A model generated the notes under the pieces. It did not search any database, was not told where the DNA came from, and worked only from the letters and a program-made list of their open reading frames with translations. Shown piece by piece: positions 9,719 through 19,967 of a stretch of 64,000 nt of DNA. Both the position numbers and the translations under genes were made by a program. Position 1 is the first letter of the stretch. Each line of letters begins with the position of its first letter. This DNA is from Candidatus Aquilonibacter sp. GTDB taxonomy: Bacteria > Verrucomicrobiota > Verrucomicrobiia > Limisphaerales > UBA11358. The stretch spans positions 3,018 through 67,017 of the forward strand of contig DATJRH010000031.1 in the NCBI GenBank assembly GCA_035504945.1, given 5' to 3'.

Positions 9719-10131
9719 TGTGTGGTCGGGTCGGTGCGCAGCGAATAGCGCGTGATGCCAGCTTTTTGGCAGCCGCCAATCAGTTGCGCGACCAAATCGT
9801 AGCGGCTGTCCTTGTCGGCGCGGATATAAACCACGAGATTCGGGTTGGCGCGAAAATCCCGCGCCAGCCGCGAAATCAATTGCGACAGTTCCATCGGCTG
9901 TCGGTCGAGCGCATAAACACCGGTCACGGAAACTTCGACCGTGCGGATGTCGTTTTTATCAATCGTTTTTGCCGTCTGGCCGCCGCGCGGCAGACGCAAA
10001 TCAATGCTTTGCTCCAGCAGCGGCGTAGTGATGACGAAAATAATGAGCAGCACGAACGCCAAATCCAACAGCGGCGTGATGTTGATTTCACTCAACGTCA
10101 CGAGCCGGCCATGTTGTGAGAAGCGTCTCAT
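9715..10131 (-). CDS. tolR: TolR/ExbD family protein
   Basis: EINITPLLDLAFVLLIIFVITTP; IRADKDSRY. Confidence 0.88.
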   Translation of the reverse strand: MRRFSQHGRLVTLSEINITPLLDLAFVLLIIFVITTPLLEQSIDLRLPRGGQTAKTIDKNDIRTVEVSVTGVYALDRQPMELSQLISRLARDFRANPNLVVYIRADKDSRYDLVAQLIGGCQKAGITRYSLRTDPTTQ

Positions 10132-10133
10132 TG

Positions 10134-10859
10134 TTATTCATCGGCCAAAAATTCCGATTCCATTTTGGAAACCAGTTCCTGCGCAAAATTGTCCAGCCCG
10201 ACGGTGAACGCGCGCAGGTTATGCACCAGCCAATTGTAGCCGAACATCGAGGGAATCGCCACCAGCAGTCCGGCGACGGTCGTGATGAGTGCCGCCGCGA
10301 CACCCGGCGCCATCGCCGCGAGCGTGGCCGAGCCGGATTGCGCGATGCCGGCGAACGCGCTCATCACGCCCCAGACCGTGCCAAGCAGGCCGATGAACGG
10401 CGCACCGCTGACGGCAATCGCCAGCAGAATCAGGCCGGATTCCAGTTTGAGCGATTCCTGCGCGACGACGTTTTCGATGGCGCGCTTGACGTGCTCCATA
10501 TTCTTGAGTGAAACGCTTTGCTTGCGCCGCTCGCCGCCCGGCCCGCGCAGCCGCGCGTCCAATTGCACGCAGCCAGTTTGATAAACTTCGTAAAGCGGGC
10601 AGCCTTCCACGTGCAGCTTGCGGTCGAAAATATCGAGCACGTTTTTTTGCGAGCGGAATTCCTGTTCAAAGTAATAATTTAATTTCCGCGCGCGGCGCAT
10701 TTGCGCGGCTTTGTAGACCATCACCGACCAGGCGACGATGGAAAAGAAAATGAGAAAGACGATGATCGCCTTGGCTTCCGGCGTCGCCTCTTCCCAAATG
10801 TAAGGGATGTCCGCCTGATTGGAAGCGGCCCCCACGACAATAAACGATAGTCCGTTCAT
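10134..10859 (-). CDS. tolQ: TolQ/ExbB (MotA family) proton channel
   Basis: APFIGLLGTVWGVMSAF, APGVAAALITTVAGLLVAIPS. Confidence 0.9.
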   Translation of the reverse strand: MNGLSFIVVGAASNQADIPYIWEEATPEAKAIIVFLIFFSIVAWSVMVYKAAQMRRARKLNYYFEQEFRSQKNVLDIFDRKLHVEGCPLYEVYQTGCVQLDARLRGPGGERRKQSVSLKNMEHVKRAIENVVAQESLKLESGLILLAIAVSGAPFIGLLGTVWGVMSAFAGIAQSGSATLAAMAPGVAAALITTVAGLLVAIPSMFGYNWLVHNLRAFTVGLDNFAQELVSKMESEFLADE

Positions 10860-11030
10860 ACCGACAATTCACCTGCTCGTGAGGAACCGATTTTGCGGCC
10901 AAGCGGCAGACCGTCGAGTCAATTTTTTTCTGCCGGGCGGATTATCTTCGGGGCGCGGAGCTTTGCCAAGCCTTTTTGCGCAAAAAAACAAGCTTTGTCC
11001 GCCGCCCGAAAATCGCATACAAAAGGCGGG

Positions 11031-13010
11031 ATGTCTCGTCCGCGTTTTATTGCGCTGCTGCTCGCGCTCCTCACGTTGCTGGCGTATCTGCCGGTGACGA
11101 GAGACCAGTTTTTGGATTATGACGACCAGAATTACGTCACCGAAAACACCAATGTCTTAAATGGGCTGACCTGGTCGGGAGTCGAATGGGCATTCACGAC
11201 CGGCCACGCGAGCAACTGGCATCCGCTCACGTGGCTTTCGCTCATGCTCGACGCCGAATTGTTCGGTCCCAACGCCGGCGCATTTCATTTCGTCAACGCG
11301 CTTTTCCACGCGGCCAATGCCGCATTGCTTTTTGTTTTGCTGTTACGAATGACCGGCGCATTGTGGCCGAGCGCATTTGTCGCGGCGCTGTTCGCATGGC
11401 ATCCGCTCCATGTCGAATCCGTCGCGTGGGTGTCGGAGCGCAAGGACGTGTTGAGCACATTTTTCGCGCTGCTGGCGTTGCTGTGTTACGAGCGATTTGT
11501 CGGAGAGTCAAAAGTCCAAAGTCCAAAGTCCAAAATTTTCTACGCGCTGGCGTTGACGGCCTTTGCGCTTGCGCTGATGGCCAAGCCGATGTTCGTCACG
11601 CTGCCCTTCGTTATGCTGTTGCTCGACTTCTGGCCGCTTCAACGCTTCAACGCTTCAACGCTTCCGCGATTACTTGCCGAAAAAATCCCATTCTTCGCGC
11701 TGACCGCCGCGTCCTGCGTCGTGACCTTCCTTGCGCAGAGCCAAACAGGCGGAGACGCTGTCGCTTCGCTGCAATTTATTCCGCTGGATTATCGGCTTTG
11801 CAACACATTGATTTCTTACGCACGCTATTTGCTCAAATTGTTCTGCCCCACAAAACTGGCGGTCTTTTACCCGCTTCTCCAACACATTACCTGGATGCTG
11901 GTGATGGCTTACGTGTCCGCGATTGCTCTGGCTGCGATTTCATGGCTTGCCTGGCAGGTGCGCCGGCAATTCCCCTACGTGCCCGTGGGATGGCTTTGGT
12001 TTTTGGGAACGCTCGTTCCGGTCATCGGACTCGTGCAAGTCGGCGGCGCCGCGCTGGCTGACCGATACACTTATTTCCCGGCGGTGGGAATTTTCATCAT
12101 CGTCGCGTTCGGAATTCGCGATCTGGCGGAGCGGTTTCAATTTCCGAAAATTATTTTGCCCACCGCAGCCGCTTTGATTCTCGTCGCGTGCCTAGTTTTG
12201 ACCGAAAATCAACTGCGTTACTGGCGCGACAGCGAAACACTTTTCACTCACGCGCTCGCCGTGACCAAAGACAATGATGTCGCCCACGTCAATTTGGGCG
12301 TCGCGCTCGAAGAAAAGGGCGAATTAAATCAAGCGCTGGTTCAATATCGCGACGCCGAAGAACTCGCGCCGGAGCTTTCCGAAGTCCACAACAATCTCGG
12401 CAATTTGCTCGACAAGCTGGAACAACCCAAAGCAGCGCTCATTGAATACCGCGAAGCCGTGATTTTGAATCCACGTTCGCCCGCATTACATAGTGGCGAA
12501 GGTGATATTCTCGCTGAACTTGGTCGTTATAAAGAAGCCATGAGCCAGTTCAAGGAAGCCGCGCGGCTGGACCCGACTTATTCGTGGGCGTATTTTCAAA
12601 TGGGCAAGGTGCTGCTTGAGCAAGGCCGCGACGCCGAAGCAGTTGACCAATTCCGCGAGGCACTGCGGTTCGACCCGGACAATTATCAAATTCTAGCCTA
12701 CGTCGCCCGCGTTCTGGCCGCCTCTGAAAATCCCGCCATTCGCGATGGAAAAGCCGCGCTGACTCTCGCCACCAAGGCCAACGCGCTGACCGGCGGTTCG
12801 CAGCCGGTCGTGTTGGACGCGCTCGGCATAGCGTGCGCCGCGACCGGCGATTTCACCAACGCGGTGGAAGATACGCAGCACGCCCTCGACCTCTGCAACG
12901 CTGCGAAAATGACCGGACTCGAGCCGCTGCAACAAAGGCTGGAGCTTTACAAAAAACACCAGCCGTGGCGCGAATCGTTTCTAGCGACCAACGCGCCGGC
13001 GAAAAATTAA
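11031..13010 (+). CDS. Membrane protein with C-terminal TPRs (TMTC-like putative glycosyltransferase)
   Basis: YDD..Y, NWHPLTWLS, HPLHVESVAWVSERKD, ADRYTY, then TPR repeats. Start at ATG 11031 (MSRPRF). Confidence 0.8.
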   Translation: MSRPRFIALLLALLTLLAYLPVTRDQFLDYDDQNYVTENTNVLNGLTWSGVEWAFTTGHASNWHPLTWLSLMLDAELFGPNAGAFHFVNALFHAANAALLFVLLLRMTGALWPSAFVAALFAWHPLHVESVAWVSERKDVLSTFFALLALLCYERFVGESKVQSPKSKIFYALALTAFALALMAKPMFVTLPFVMLLLDFWPLQRFNASTLPRLLAEKIPFFALTAASCVVTFLAQSQTGGDAVASLQFIPLDYRLCNTLISYARYLLKLFCPTKLAVFYPLLQHITWMLVMAYVSAIALAAISWLAWQVRRQFPYVPVGWLWFLGTLVPVIGLVQVGGAALADRYTYFPAVGIFIIVAFGIRDLAERFQFPKIILPTAAALILVACLVLTENQLRYWRDSETLFTHALAVTKDNDVAHVNLGVALEEKGELNQALVQYRDAEELAPELSEVHNNLGNLLDKLEQPKAALIEYREAVILNPRSPALHSGEGDILAELGRYKEAMSQFKEAARLDPTYSWAYFQMGKVLLEQGRDAEAVDQFREALRFDPDNYQILAYVARVLAASENPAIRDGKAALTLATKANALTGGSQPVVLDALGIACAATGDFTNAVEDTQHALDLCNAAKMTGLEPLQQRLELYKKHQPWRESFLATNAPAKN

Positions 13011-13654
13011 ATCTCCACCAGCGCGCGAAGAACCTTTTTTGCGCTGGAATTTTTCCCGAATCGGGGCAGTGTGAAAATTCTTTCCGCCGGGAAAAATTCC
13101 GAGAGTAATTTGGCATTTGAATTTGTCGCCGCGTCCGATTTTGCCGGAGACATCAGAATAACGCACGTTTTCGCCCGCAACTTTTTCGGCACTGCCTCCA
13201 GCGTCAACAAAATTCGGTTGATTGCGCCTAATTTGTTTTGTGCGACGACAATTGGCGTCGCGCGCAATTTTCGGGTCAAATCGCGCGAATTGAAATTTTC
13301 GCCGAGCGGACTCAACAAGCCGCCCGCACCCTCGACGAGCAAGACGTCAAAGTTTTTTTGCATCGCGCGGACTTGCGCGAGCACTTGCGGCAGTTTCACG
13401 GATTTTTTTTCGCGGCGAGCGGCGAGCGACGGCGCAATCGGCGCGCGGAAACACCACGGATTGATTTCATCGAGCGGCAGCACACCGCTCATCGCCGCAA
13501 ACAGTTTCCGCGCGTCGTCGCGCCCGCCGGAGCAAATCGGCTTCAGCGCCGCCGCGTTGACGCCACGCGCGCGCAGAAATTGGACGAGCCGCGCAGTTAA
13601 AACCGTTTTGCCGACGCCGGTATCCGTGCCGGTGATCAAAAATGTCCGCTTCAT
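13007..13654 (-). CDS. bioD: Dethiobiotin synthase
   Basis: FLITGTDTGVGKT, LKPICSG, LVEGAGGLLSP, LGAIN. Start ATG 13654. Confidence 0.93.
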   Translation of the reverse strand: MKRTFLITGTDTGVGKTVLTARLVQFLRARGVNAAALKPICSGGRDDARKLFAAMSGVLPLDEINPWCFRAPIAPSLAARREKKSVKLPQVLAQVRAMQKNFDVLLVEGAGGLLSPLGENFNSRDLTRKLRATPIVVAQNKLGAINRILLTLEAVPKKLRAKTCVILMSPAKSDAATNSNAKLLSEFFPAERIFTLPRFGKNSSAKKVLRALVEI

Positions 13655-13757
13655 TTTTAGACATGAAAATAGAAATGCCCCCGCCGCGCCACTAAAACCG
13701 TTGACGAAATCCGTTGGGTTCATATATGCTGCGCGGCTCGTTTGATTAAAAATTGCC

Positions 13758-15071
13758 GTGAATATCTCCGTTGAAAATCTGGCGCCGTGCAAAAAATTGC
13801 TGCGGGTGGAACTGGACGCGAAGGCCGTGGACGAAGCCTTCGAGTCCATCACCAAGGACTTCCAAAAACAGGCGGCGCTGCCCGGCTTCCGCCCTGGCAA
13901 GGCGCCGCGCGCCCTTGTGCTCAAAAAATACGAGGTGGAAATCAAGGACGAGGTCAAGCGCAAGCTCATCGGCGAGAATTACCGCAAGGCGCTCGAAGAG
14001 AAAAAAATTTCCGCCATCAGCCAACCCGACATCGAGGAAATCCAGTTTGGCCGCGGGCAAAATCTGCAATTTGCCGCGACGATTGAGACCGCGCCGGAAT
14101 TTCAACTGCCCGAATACAAGGGTTTGCCTGTCAAACGGGAAACCAAATCTGTCACGGATGAGGATGTGGAGCGCGCGCTAAAATTGCTGGCGCAGCAGCA
14201 CATGAAATTCGAGACGGTCGCACGCGAATTACGGATGGGCGACGTCGCGGTCGTGAATTACACCGGCGCTTGCGACGGAAAACCGATCACCGAAACCGCA
14301 CCGACGGCGAAGGGCTTGACGGAGCAGAAAAATTTCTGGGTGGACATTGCGCCGGATACGTTCATTGCCGGGTTTGCGGAGCAACTCATTGGCGCGAAGG
14401 CGGGCGACAAGCGCACGGTCAACGTGGATTTCCCGGCTGATTTCGTGACGAAACAATTGCAAAACAAAAAAGGCGTCTTTGAAGTGGAAATCGTCGAGGT
14501 GAAGGAAAAAGTTCCGCCGGCAGTGGACGACGAGCTTGCCAAGAAATACGGCGCGGAAAATCTGGAGAAATTGCGCGCGGGCGTCCGCGTGGATTTGGAA
14601 AACGAGTTGAAACACACGCAGTCCCGGGCGATGCGCGGGCAAATCATTGACGCGCTGCTGGCCGGTGCGAATTTTGATTTGCCGGAAACGGCGGTCGCCC
14701 ACGAGACGCGCAACGTGGTTTATGACCTCGTGCGGGAAAATTCCCAGCGCGGCGTTCCGCGCGAGTTGATCGAGAAGCAGAAGGAGGAGATTTACGCGGC
14801 GGCGGCACGCGGCGCAAAGGAGCGAGTGAAGCTGGCGTTTCTGGTGCAGCGTATCGCGGAACAGGAAAAAATTCAGGTGACGCAGGAGGAAGTTTTGCAG
14901 CGCGTGCAATCACTGGCGGCGGCGTATCAGATTCCGCCGGACAAGTTCATCAAGGACTTGCAGAAGCGCAACGGGGTGAACGAGCTTTATGACCAGATCG
15001 CGCACGAGAAAGTCCTCAATTTCCTCGAAATCAACGCCAAAATTGAGAACGTTCCGGCGACAGCGAAGTAA
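13758..15071 (+). CDS. tig: Trigger factor
   Basis: PGFRPGKAP ribosome-binding signature, FKBP domain (FIAGFAEQLIG). Confidence 0.96.
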   Translation: MNISVENLAPCKKLLRVELDAKAVDEAFESITKDFQKQAALPGFRPGKAPRALVLKKYEVEIKDEVKRKLIGENYRKALEEKKISAISQPDIEEIQFGRGQNLQFAATIETAPEFQLPEYKGLPVKRETKSVTDEDVERALKLLAQQHMKFETVARELRMGDVAVVNYTGACDGKPITETAPTAKGLTEQKNFWVDIAPDTFIAGFAEQLIGAKAGDKRTVNVDFPADFVTKQLQNKKGVFEVEIVEVKEKVPPAVDDELAKKYGAENLEKLRAGVRVDLENELKHTQSRAMRGQIIDALLAGANFDLPETAVAHETRNVVYDLVRENSQRGVPRELIEKQKEEIYAAAARGAKERVKLAFLVQRIAEQEKIQVTQEEVLQRVQSLAAAYQIPPDKFIKDLQKRNGVNELYDQIAHEKVLNFLEINAKIENVPATAK

Positions 15072-15207
15072 ATCCAGCCGCAACTTTGTGCGTTGCGTGG
15101 AGTTTGTTTGACAAACGGCGTTCTAATTAACTAAATAGTTACCTCGGCGCGCCCGGTGGCGTCTTGAGTTTGACGGATTTGGCCAAAAGCCGCAAAATCG
15201 CAGCACC

Positions 15208-16701
15208 ATGAAATGTTTCGGCATTGTTTCAGTTTGTTTCTCGACGGTTTTTGCCGTCGCCGCGCAAACGAACACAGACGCGGGCGCCACGCGCGCGATG
15301 TCCCTGCAGGACTGCATCCAGCAGGCGCTGTCGCAAAATTTCGACGTTCAGGTCCAGCGGTATAACCCGCAAATCTCGCTTTACAATTTGAACGCGGCCT
15401 ACGAAGGCTACGACCCGACCTTCAGCATTTCCGGCCAGCATAATTTTGACGTGTCGCCGAGCAAATACAGCCCGTATTCAACCAACGAAACTCCGCCGAC
15501 GGTGGCCAATGAAAATTCGTTCGACTCCGGCCTCAGTGGCTCGTTGCCGTGGGGATTGCAGTATGATTTCAGCGGCAATATTCTGGAACAATACGGCACA
15601 GATCCCGATCCGTTTGACAATTCCGACGGCAGCATCGGCGTCACCCTCACGCAGCCGCTGTTGAAAAACTTCTGGATTGACAGCACGCGGCTGAACATCT
15701 GGGTCGCCAAAAACCGGCTGCAATATTCGGAGCAGGGCCTGCGCGAGCAACTCATCACCAGCGTGACCGCGGTCGCCAACGCCTACTATGAACTCATTTA
15801 TGCCCAGCAAAATGTCCAAGTGCAGCAGGAGGCGCTCAAATTGGCCCAGACGCAATTGGATCAGGACAAGCAGCGCGTGCAGATCGGCACGCTCGCAATT
15901 TTGAGCGAGCAACAGGATGAGTCGCAGGTCGCGCAGAACCAGGCCAATTTGATCGCCGCGCAAAGCACGCTCGACACGGACCAAAACACGCTGAAAAACC
16001 TGCTTACCGATGATTATGCCCAATGGCACAGCACGGACATCCAGCCGACGGAAACACTGATGGCGCCGGCGGAAACATTCGACTTGCAGGAGAGCTGGAG
16101 CAAAGGCATGACCGACCGGCCAGATTTGTTGCAGGCCAAGTTGAACATCGAACAGGAAGGCATCCAGTTGAAATATTATCGCAATCAGCTTCTTCCCGAG
16201 TTGGATTTGACCGGCTCTTACGGATTCAACGGCGCGTCACGGGAATTCAACGGCACATTCGGGCAACTCGGTCAGGGGAACGCCCCGTTTTACAGTTACG
16301 GCGCGCAACTTTCCGTTCCGCTCGGCAATCTCGGTCCGCGCAACCAATACAAGGCCACCAAGGCGACGTTGCAGCAGATTGATCTTCAATTTAAACAACT
16401 CGAACAAAACATTCTGGTGGAAATTGACAATGCGGTGAAGCAGGCAGAATCGGCCTATCAAAGCGTGCAGGCCACACGGCAGGCGCGCATTTACGCCGAG
16501 GCCGCGCTGGACGCCGAACAGAAAACCTACGCTGTCGGCAAGGCCACCACCTTCGAAGTGTTGACCTATCAAAACAACCTGACCACCGCGCGCGGCCAGG
16601 AAATCCGCGCGCTCGCCAATTACGAAGAATCCCTGGCCAATCTCGCCGAGCAGCAAGGCAGCACGCTCGAACACTATAACATCAACCTCGAGGCGAAATA
16701 A
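15208..16701 (+). CDS. TolC-family outer membrane efflux protein
   Basis: Signal peptide; SLQDCIQQAL..N, LTQPLLKNF, AYYEL, LLPELDL, two OEP repeats. Confidence 0.85.
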   Translation: MKCFGIVSVCFSTVFAVAAQTNTDAGATRAMSLQDCIQQALSQNFDVQVQRYNPQISLYNLNAAYEGYDPTFSISGQHNFDVSPSKYSPYSTNETPPTVANENSFDSGLSGSLPWGLQYDFSGNILEQYGTDPDPFDNSDGSIGVTLTQPLLKNFWIDSTRLNIWVAKNRLQYSEQGLREQLITSVTAVANAYYELIYAQQNVQVQQEALKLAQTQLDQDKQRVQIGTLAILSEQQDESQVAQNQANLIAAQSTLDTDQNTLKNLLTDDYAQWHSTDIQPTETLMAPAETFDLQESWSKGMTDRPDLLQAKLNIEQEGIQLKYYRNQLLPELDLTGSYGFNGASREFNGTFGQLGQGNAPFYSYGAQLSVPLGNLGPRNQYKATKATLQQIDLQFKQLEQNILVEIDNAVKQAESAYQSVQATRQARIYAEAALDAEQKTYAVGKATTFEVLTYQNNLTTARGQEIRALANYEESLANLAEQQGSTLEHYNINLEAK

Positions 16702-16725
16702 TTTCCGTTTCCGAGAACGAGTTTC

Positions 16726-17394
16726 TTACCAAAAATGCCACGCGTGCCGCCACACGATCCAGACGCCGAGAAGAAAATTCGTGATGGCGTGGGCGGTCAT
16801 CGCGTCGCCGAGGCGGTTTTTGCGCAGGACGAGCCATTGATACGCCGCACCGCATAAAATTCCGGCGAGCCATTCGTTGTGGGAAAAACCGAAAAATAGC
16901 ACCGTCGCCAGAAACGGCCACGGCAAAAACTGGTTGAGCGGCACGGATAGAAAATCCTGCTTCGCAAAGTAGCGATACAAAAACGAGCGGTAAAAAACTT
17001 CCTCCAGCGGCGGCACAATCCACGTCACGCCCAAAATGTGAACGACGATGAAAAATCGCGCGAGCGTGGAATGTCCGCCAAACAGCTCATACGGATTTCC
17101 CGTCGCGCCGCTGTGAAACATTTTCGGATAAAACGGATCGAGTCCGACCCAGATCGCGAAAATCCCGATGCCGACGGCAATCGCCTCCCATGAAATCGCC
17201 CAGCGCATTTCAGAAACGAACGGGCGCATTTCCCAAATCAGCCACGCGCCGGCAATTGTTTTTGCAAAATAAAACCAATCCACCGAAGCCGCGCCGAATT
17301 TTCCCTGGCCGAACGTCAGCGCGAGAAAAATGACATATGGCGCGACGCGCGTGACGGCGGGCGACCTGGCGAAAAATTGTTCCAGAAGGCGCAC
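16726..17394 (-). CDS. CAAX prenyl protease-related (CPBP family) intramembrane metalloprotease
   Basis: VPPLEEVFYRSFLYR, FGFSH, AHAITN motifs. Confidence 0.85.
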   Translation of the reverse strand: MRLLEQFFARSPAVTRVAPYVIFLALTFGQGKFGAASVDWFYFAKTIAGAWLIWEMRPFVSEMRWAISWEAIAVGIGIFAIWVGLDPFYPKMFHSGATGNPYELFGGHSTLARFFIVVHILGVTWIVPPLEEVFYRSFLYRYFAKQDFLSVPLNQFLPWPFLATVLFFGFSHNEWLAGILCGAAYQWLVLRKNRLGDAMTAHAITNFLLGVWIVWRHAWHFW

Positions 17395-17403
17395 GCGAAA
17401 TTT

Positions 17404-17931
17404 TTATTCGCCGAGGCCCAAAATTTCAGTTGTTCCGCCCGGCCCCGTCAACGTGATGGAATTTTTGGAAATTTGCTTCACGCGGAAATCTCGCACTCGG
17501 TCGCCGACATAAATGGTTTTGTCGTCCACAATCGCCCAGGGTCGAACCGGATCATAAACGATGCCCTGCACTTTGATCGGCGCGATGGCGACGGAAACAA
17601 CCGTATCGGTGTTGGCTGGCGCCGGCGGGGCGGCTGCAACAGCGGACTCGACCGGCTCGGTTGCGACCGGCGGTGGCGCCGGAGTTTCGGACACAACCGC
17701 GTCTGGCGCGACGGCGTCAGGAGCGGCCACGGTATTTTCCACCGTGCGCTTGGCCAAGGCCAGGCTGATAAAAAAACACGCAAGGGCAATCAAAAGAACC
17801 ACCAGCGCCGGCAAAATCCAGTTGAAGCCGCGTTCCCGCGGTTCCACCGGCAGGAATGGCGTCGCGCCCGGCGGCGGGGGTTTTTGCTGCGAGTCCCGGG
17901 CGCGTTTGAGGGCGTCGTTGATCAGGCTCAT
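17404..17931 (-). CDS. ExeB/GspB-like protein
   Basis: MSLINDALKRA N-terminus, single TM, Pro/Ala linker, 'KVQGIVY...AIVD' domain; translationally coupled to the ExeA-like gene. Confidence 0.7.
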   Translation of the reverse strand: MSLINDALKRARDSQQKPPPPGATPFLPVEPRERGFNWILPALVVLLIALACFFISLALAKRTVENTVAAPDAVAPDAVVSETPAPPPVATEPVESAVAAAPPAPANTDTVVSVAIAPIKVQGIVYDPVRPWAIVDDKTIYVGDRVRDFRVKQISKNSITLTGPGGTTEILGLGE

Positions 17932-18743
17932 GCGTGGATGTCTCCTTCCAGCTCGCGGATGGCGCGGCCGACCATTTGATAATTGATGCGGTCGGATTTT
18001 TCAACAAATCCGGCGAGCAGCGCCTTGTCGCAAACGGCGTTGACGAGGCGTGGCACGCCTTTGCTGTAACCGAAAACGCGCCAGATGCCGGGCTGCGTGA
18101 AATACGGGGCGCCCTTTGAGCCGGAAATCGCGAGACGATGCTGGATGTATTGCGCCACCTCGACGCGCGTGAGCGGCGCTAGGTGATAGCGCACCGTGAT
18201 GCGCTGGCGCAATTGTTTCAGACGCGGGCTGTTCAGGCGGTCGCGCAATTCCGGCTGGCCCATCAGGACGATTTGCAACAGCTTGCGGTCGTCGGTCTCG
18301 ATGTTTGAGAGCAGGCGGACTTGCTCGAGCAGGTCTTCCGTCAAATTTTGCGCCTCGTCAATGATCAGGACCGTTTCCTTGCCGAGTTCAATTTGCTTGA
18401 GGAGAAATTCGCCGATGGCCGCGATGGTTTCCAGCCGGTCGCGCCCCTTGACCTTCAGCCCGAATTCTGTCGCGATGGCTTTCATCAACTCATCCGAGTT
18501 CAGCACCGGGTTCAAAATGAGCGCGGTGGAATAATGGCCGTCGAGTTTTTCCAGAAGCGCGCGGCACAACGTCGTTTTGCCCGCGCCGACTTCGCCCGTG
18601 AGCTGGACAAAGCCCTTGCGCTCACGGATGCCATAAAGCAAATGGTTGAACGCCTCGCGATGTTTCCGGCTGTGAAAAAGAAAACGCGGGTTCGGCGTGA
18701 TGTCGAACGGTGCGTGCTTCAATCCGTAAAACTCCAAATACAC
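17928..18743 (-). CDS. ExeA/GspA-family AAA ATPase
   Basis: MYLEFYGL..PF..TPNPRF, Walker A GEVGAGKT, Walker B IIDEAQNL, GQPEL, GVPRLVN. Confidence 0.9.
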   Translation of the reverse strand: MYLEFYGLKHAPFDITPNPRFLFHSRKHREAFNHLLYGIRERKGFVQLTGEVGAGKTTLCRALLEKLDGHYSTALILNPVLNSDELMKAIATEFGLKVKGRDRLETIAAIGEFLLKQIELGKETVLIIDEAQNLTEDLLEQVRLLSNIETDDRKLLQIVLMGQPELRDRLNSPRLKQLRQRITVRYHLAPLTRVEVAQYIQHRLAISGSKGAPYFTQPGIWRVFGYSKGVPRLVNAVCDKALLAGFVEKSDRINYQMVGRAIRELEGDIHA

Positions 18744-18812
18744 GCCGGCCTTTTAGCAGAAACCAAACCCGGTTGCCACAAAGAATCTCAACCTCCGGCT
18801 CGATGATTACGA

Positions 18813-19934
18813 TTAAGATTTTAAGATTTGCCGTGCCGCTTGAGCCAGCGTTTCAATCTCCGCCTGCGTGCCAATTGTGATGCGCAGATAATTTTTCACT
18901 TCGGGAAAATCGAACCAGCGGACGAGGATTTTCCGCGCGCGCAATTTTTGCTGCCACTCTCGCGCGGTGAAACGCGGCGGCTGGGTCAAAATGAAATTCG
19001 TCTGGCTCGGAAAAACGCGAAAGCCAAGCCGTGTCAATTCGCGTGACAGCCATTCGCGCGTGGCGATGATTTTTTTGAAATTTGCGCGGTAGTATTTCAA
19101 ATCGCCGAGCGTCGCGACGGCGGCAATCTGGCCGAGGCCGTTGACGTTGTAACTGTCGCGGATTTTGTGCAACGCGGAAATGAGGTTGCGATGTCCTACA
19201 AAATAGCCGACGCGCTGAAAACACAGCGAATACGCCTTTGAAAAAGTCCGCGCGACGAGCACGTTCGGAAGTTTCAGCGCCAGTTCCATCGCGCTTTCCT
19301 CCGCGAAATCAACGTAGGCCTCGTCCAAAACCACAACGCCTTTTTGCGCGCGGCACAGTTTTTCGAGTTCTGAAGTTTTGTAGCCGCAGCCGCTCGGCGC
19401 ATTCGGCGTAGTGACAAAAGTCAAAGCCGCCTTGAAGTCCCACTGCCTGCTGCGCTTCAATTCCTTCATGCCCGGCAGTGAAAAATCGGGGTCTAGCGCC
19501 ACTGTATTCTTTAATGCGCTGTGAATGTCCGCCAGCACCGGATACAGTGAATAGCTCGGCGTGAAATATTGCACCGTGGCCCGGGCTGGCCTGGCGCTTC
19601 TAAAATTGTATTTTGAATTTTGCAGCGGCTCGACGAATCCGCGCGTCGCCAGCGCGAGCAATTCATCCGAGCCGTTGCCGATGATGAGGTCGTCCGCGTG
19701 GCAGCCGTGCAGCTTTGCCAGCGTTTCGCGCAACCCCTGCGCCGTCGGATTCGGATACAGCCGCAGCCGCGCGTCCGCCGCTTTTTTCACCGCCGCCAAA
19801 ACCTTCGGCGACGGCGGATACGGATTCTCGTTCGTGTTGAGCTTGACCAGCCCTTTGATTTTCGGCTGCTCGCCATAGACGTAAGGCTGCAACTCGCACA
19901 CAAGCGGGCGGATGAGCGATTGCGGATTTGGCAT
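18813..19934 (-). CDS. hisC: Histidinol-phosphate aminotransferase
   Basis: KLNTNENPYPPS, GNGSDE, PNAPSG, LDEAYVDF, RTFSKAY, LRITIGT. Confidence 0.93.
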   Translation of the reverse strand: MPNPQSLIRPLVCELQPYVYGEQPKIKGLVKLNTNENPYPPSPKVLAAVKKAADARLRLYPNPTAQGLRETLAKLHGCHADDLIIGNGSDELLALATRGFVEPLQNSKYNFRSARPARATVQYFTPSYSLYPVLADIHSALKNTVALDPDFSLPGMKELKRSRQWDFKAALTFVTTPNAPSGCGYKTSELEKLCRAQKGVVVLDEAYVDFAEESAMELALKLPNVLVARTFSKAYSLCFQRVGYFVGHRNLISALHKIRDSYNVNGLGQIAAVATLGDLKYYRANFKKIIATREWLSRELTRLGFRVFPSQTNFILTQPPRFTAREWQQKLRARKILVRWFDFPEVKNYLRITIGTQAEIETLAQAARQILKS

Positions 19935-19967
19935 CTCGGCAATTGGGAAAATTTTCGCCGGCCGCCG

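Noticed and set aside
15129..15142. taactaaatagtta near-palindrome upstream of the tolC-like gene
   Set aside because: Could be an operator, but it is a single short instance with no adjacent regulator gene.
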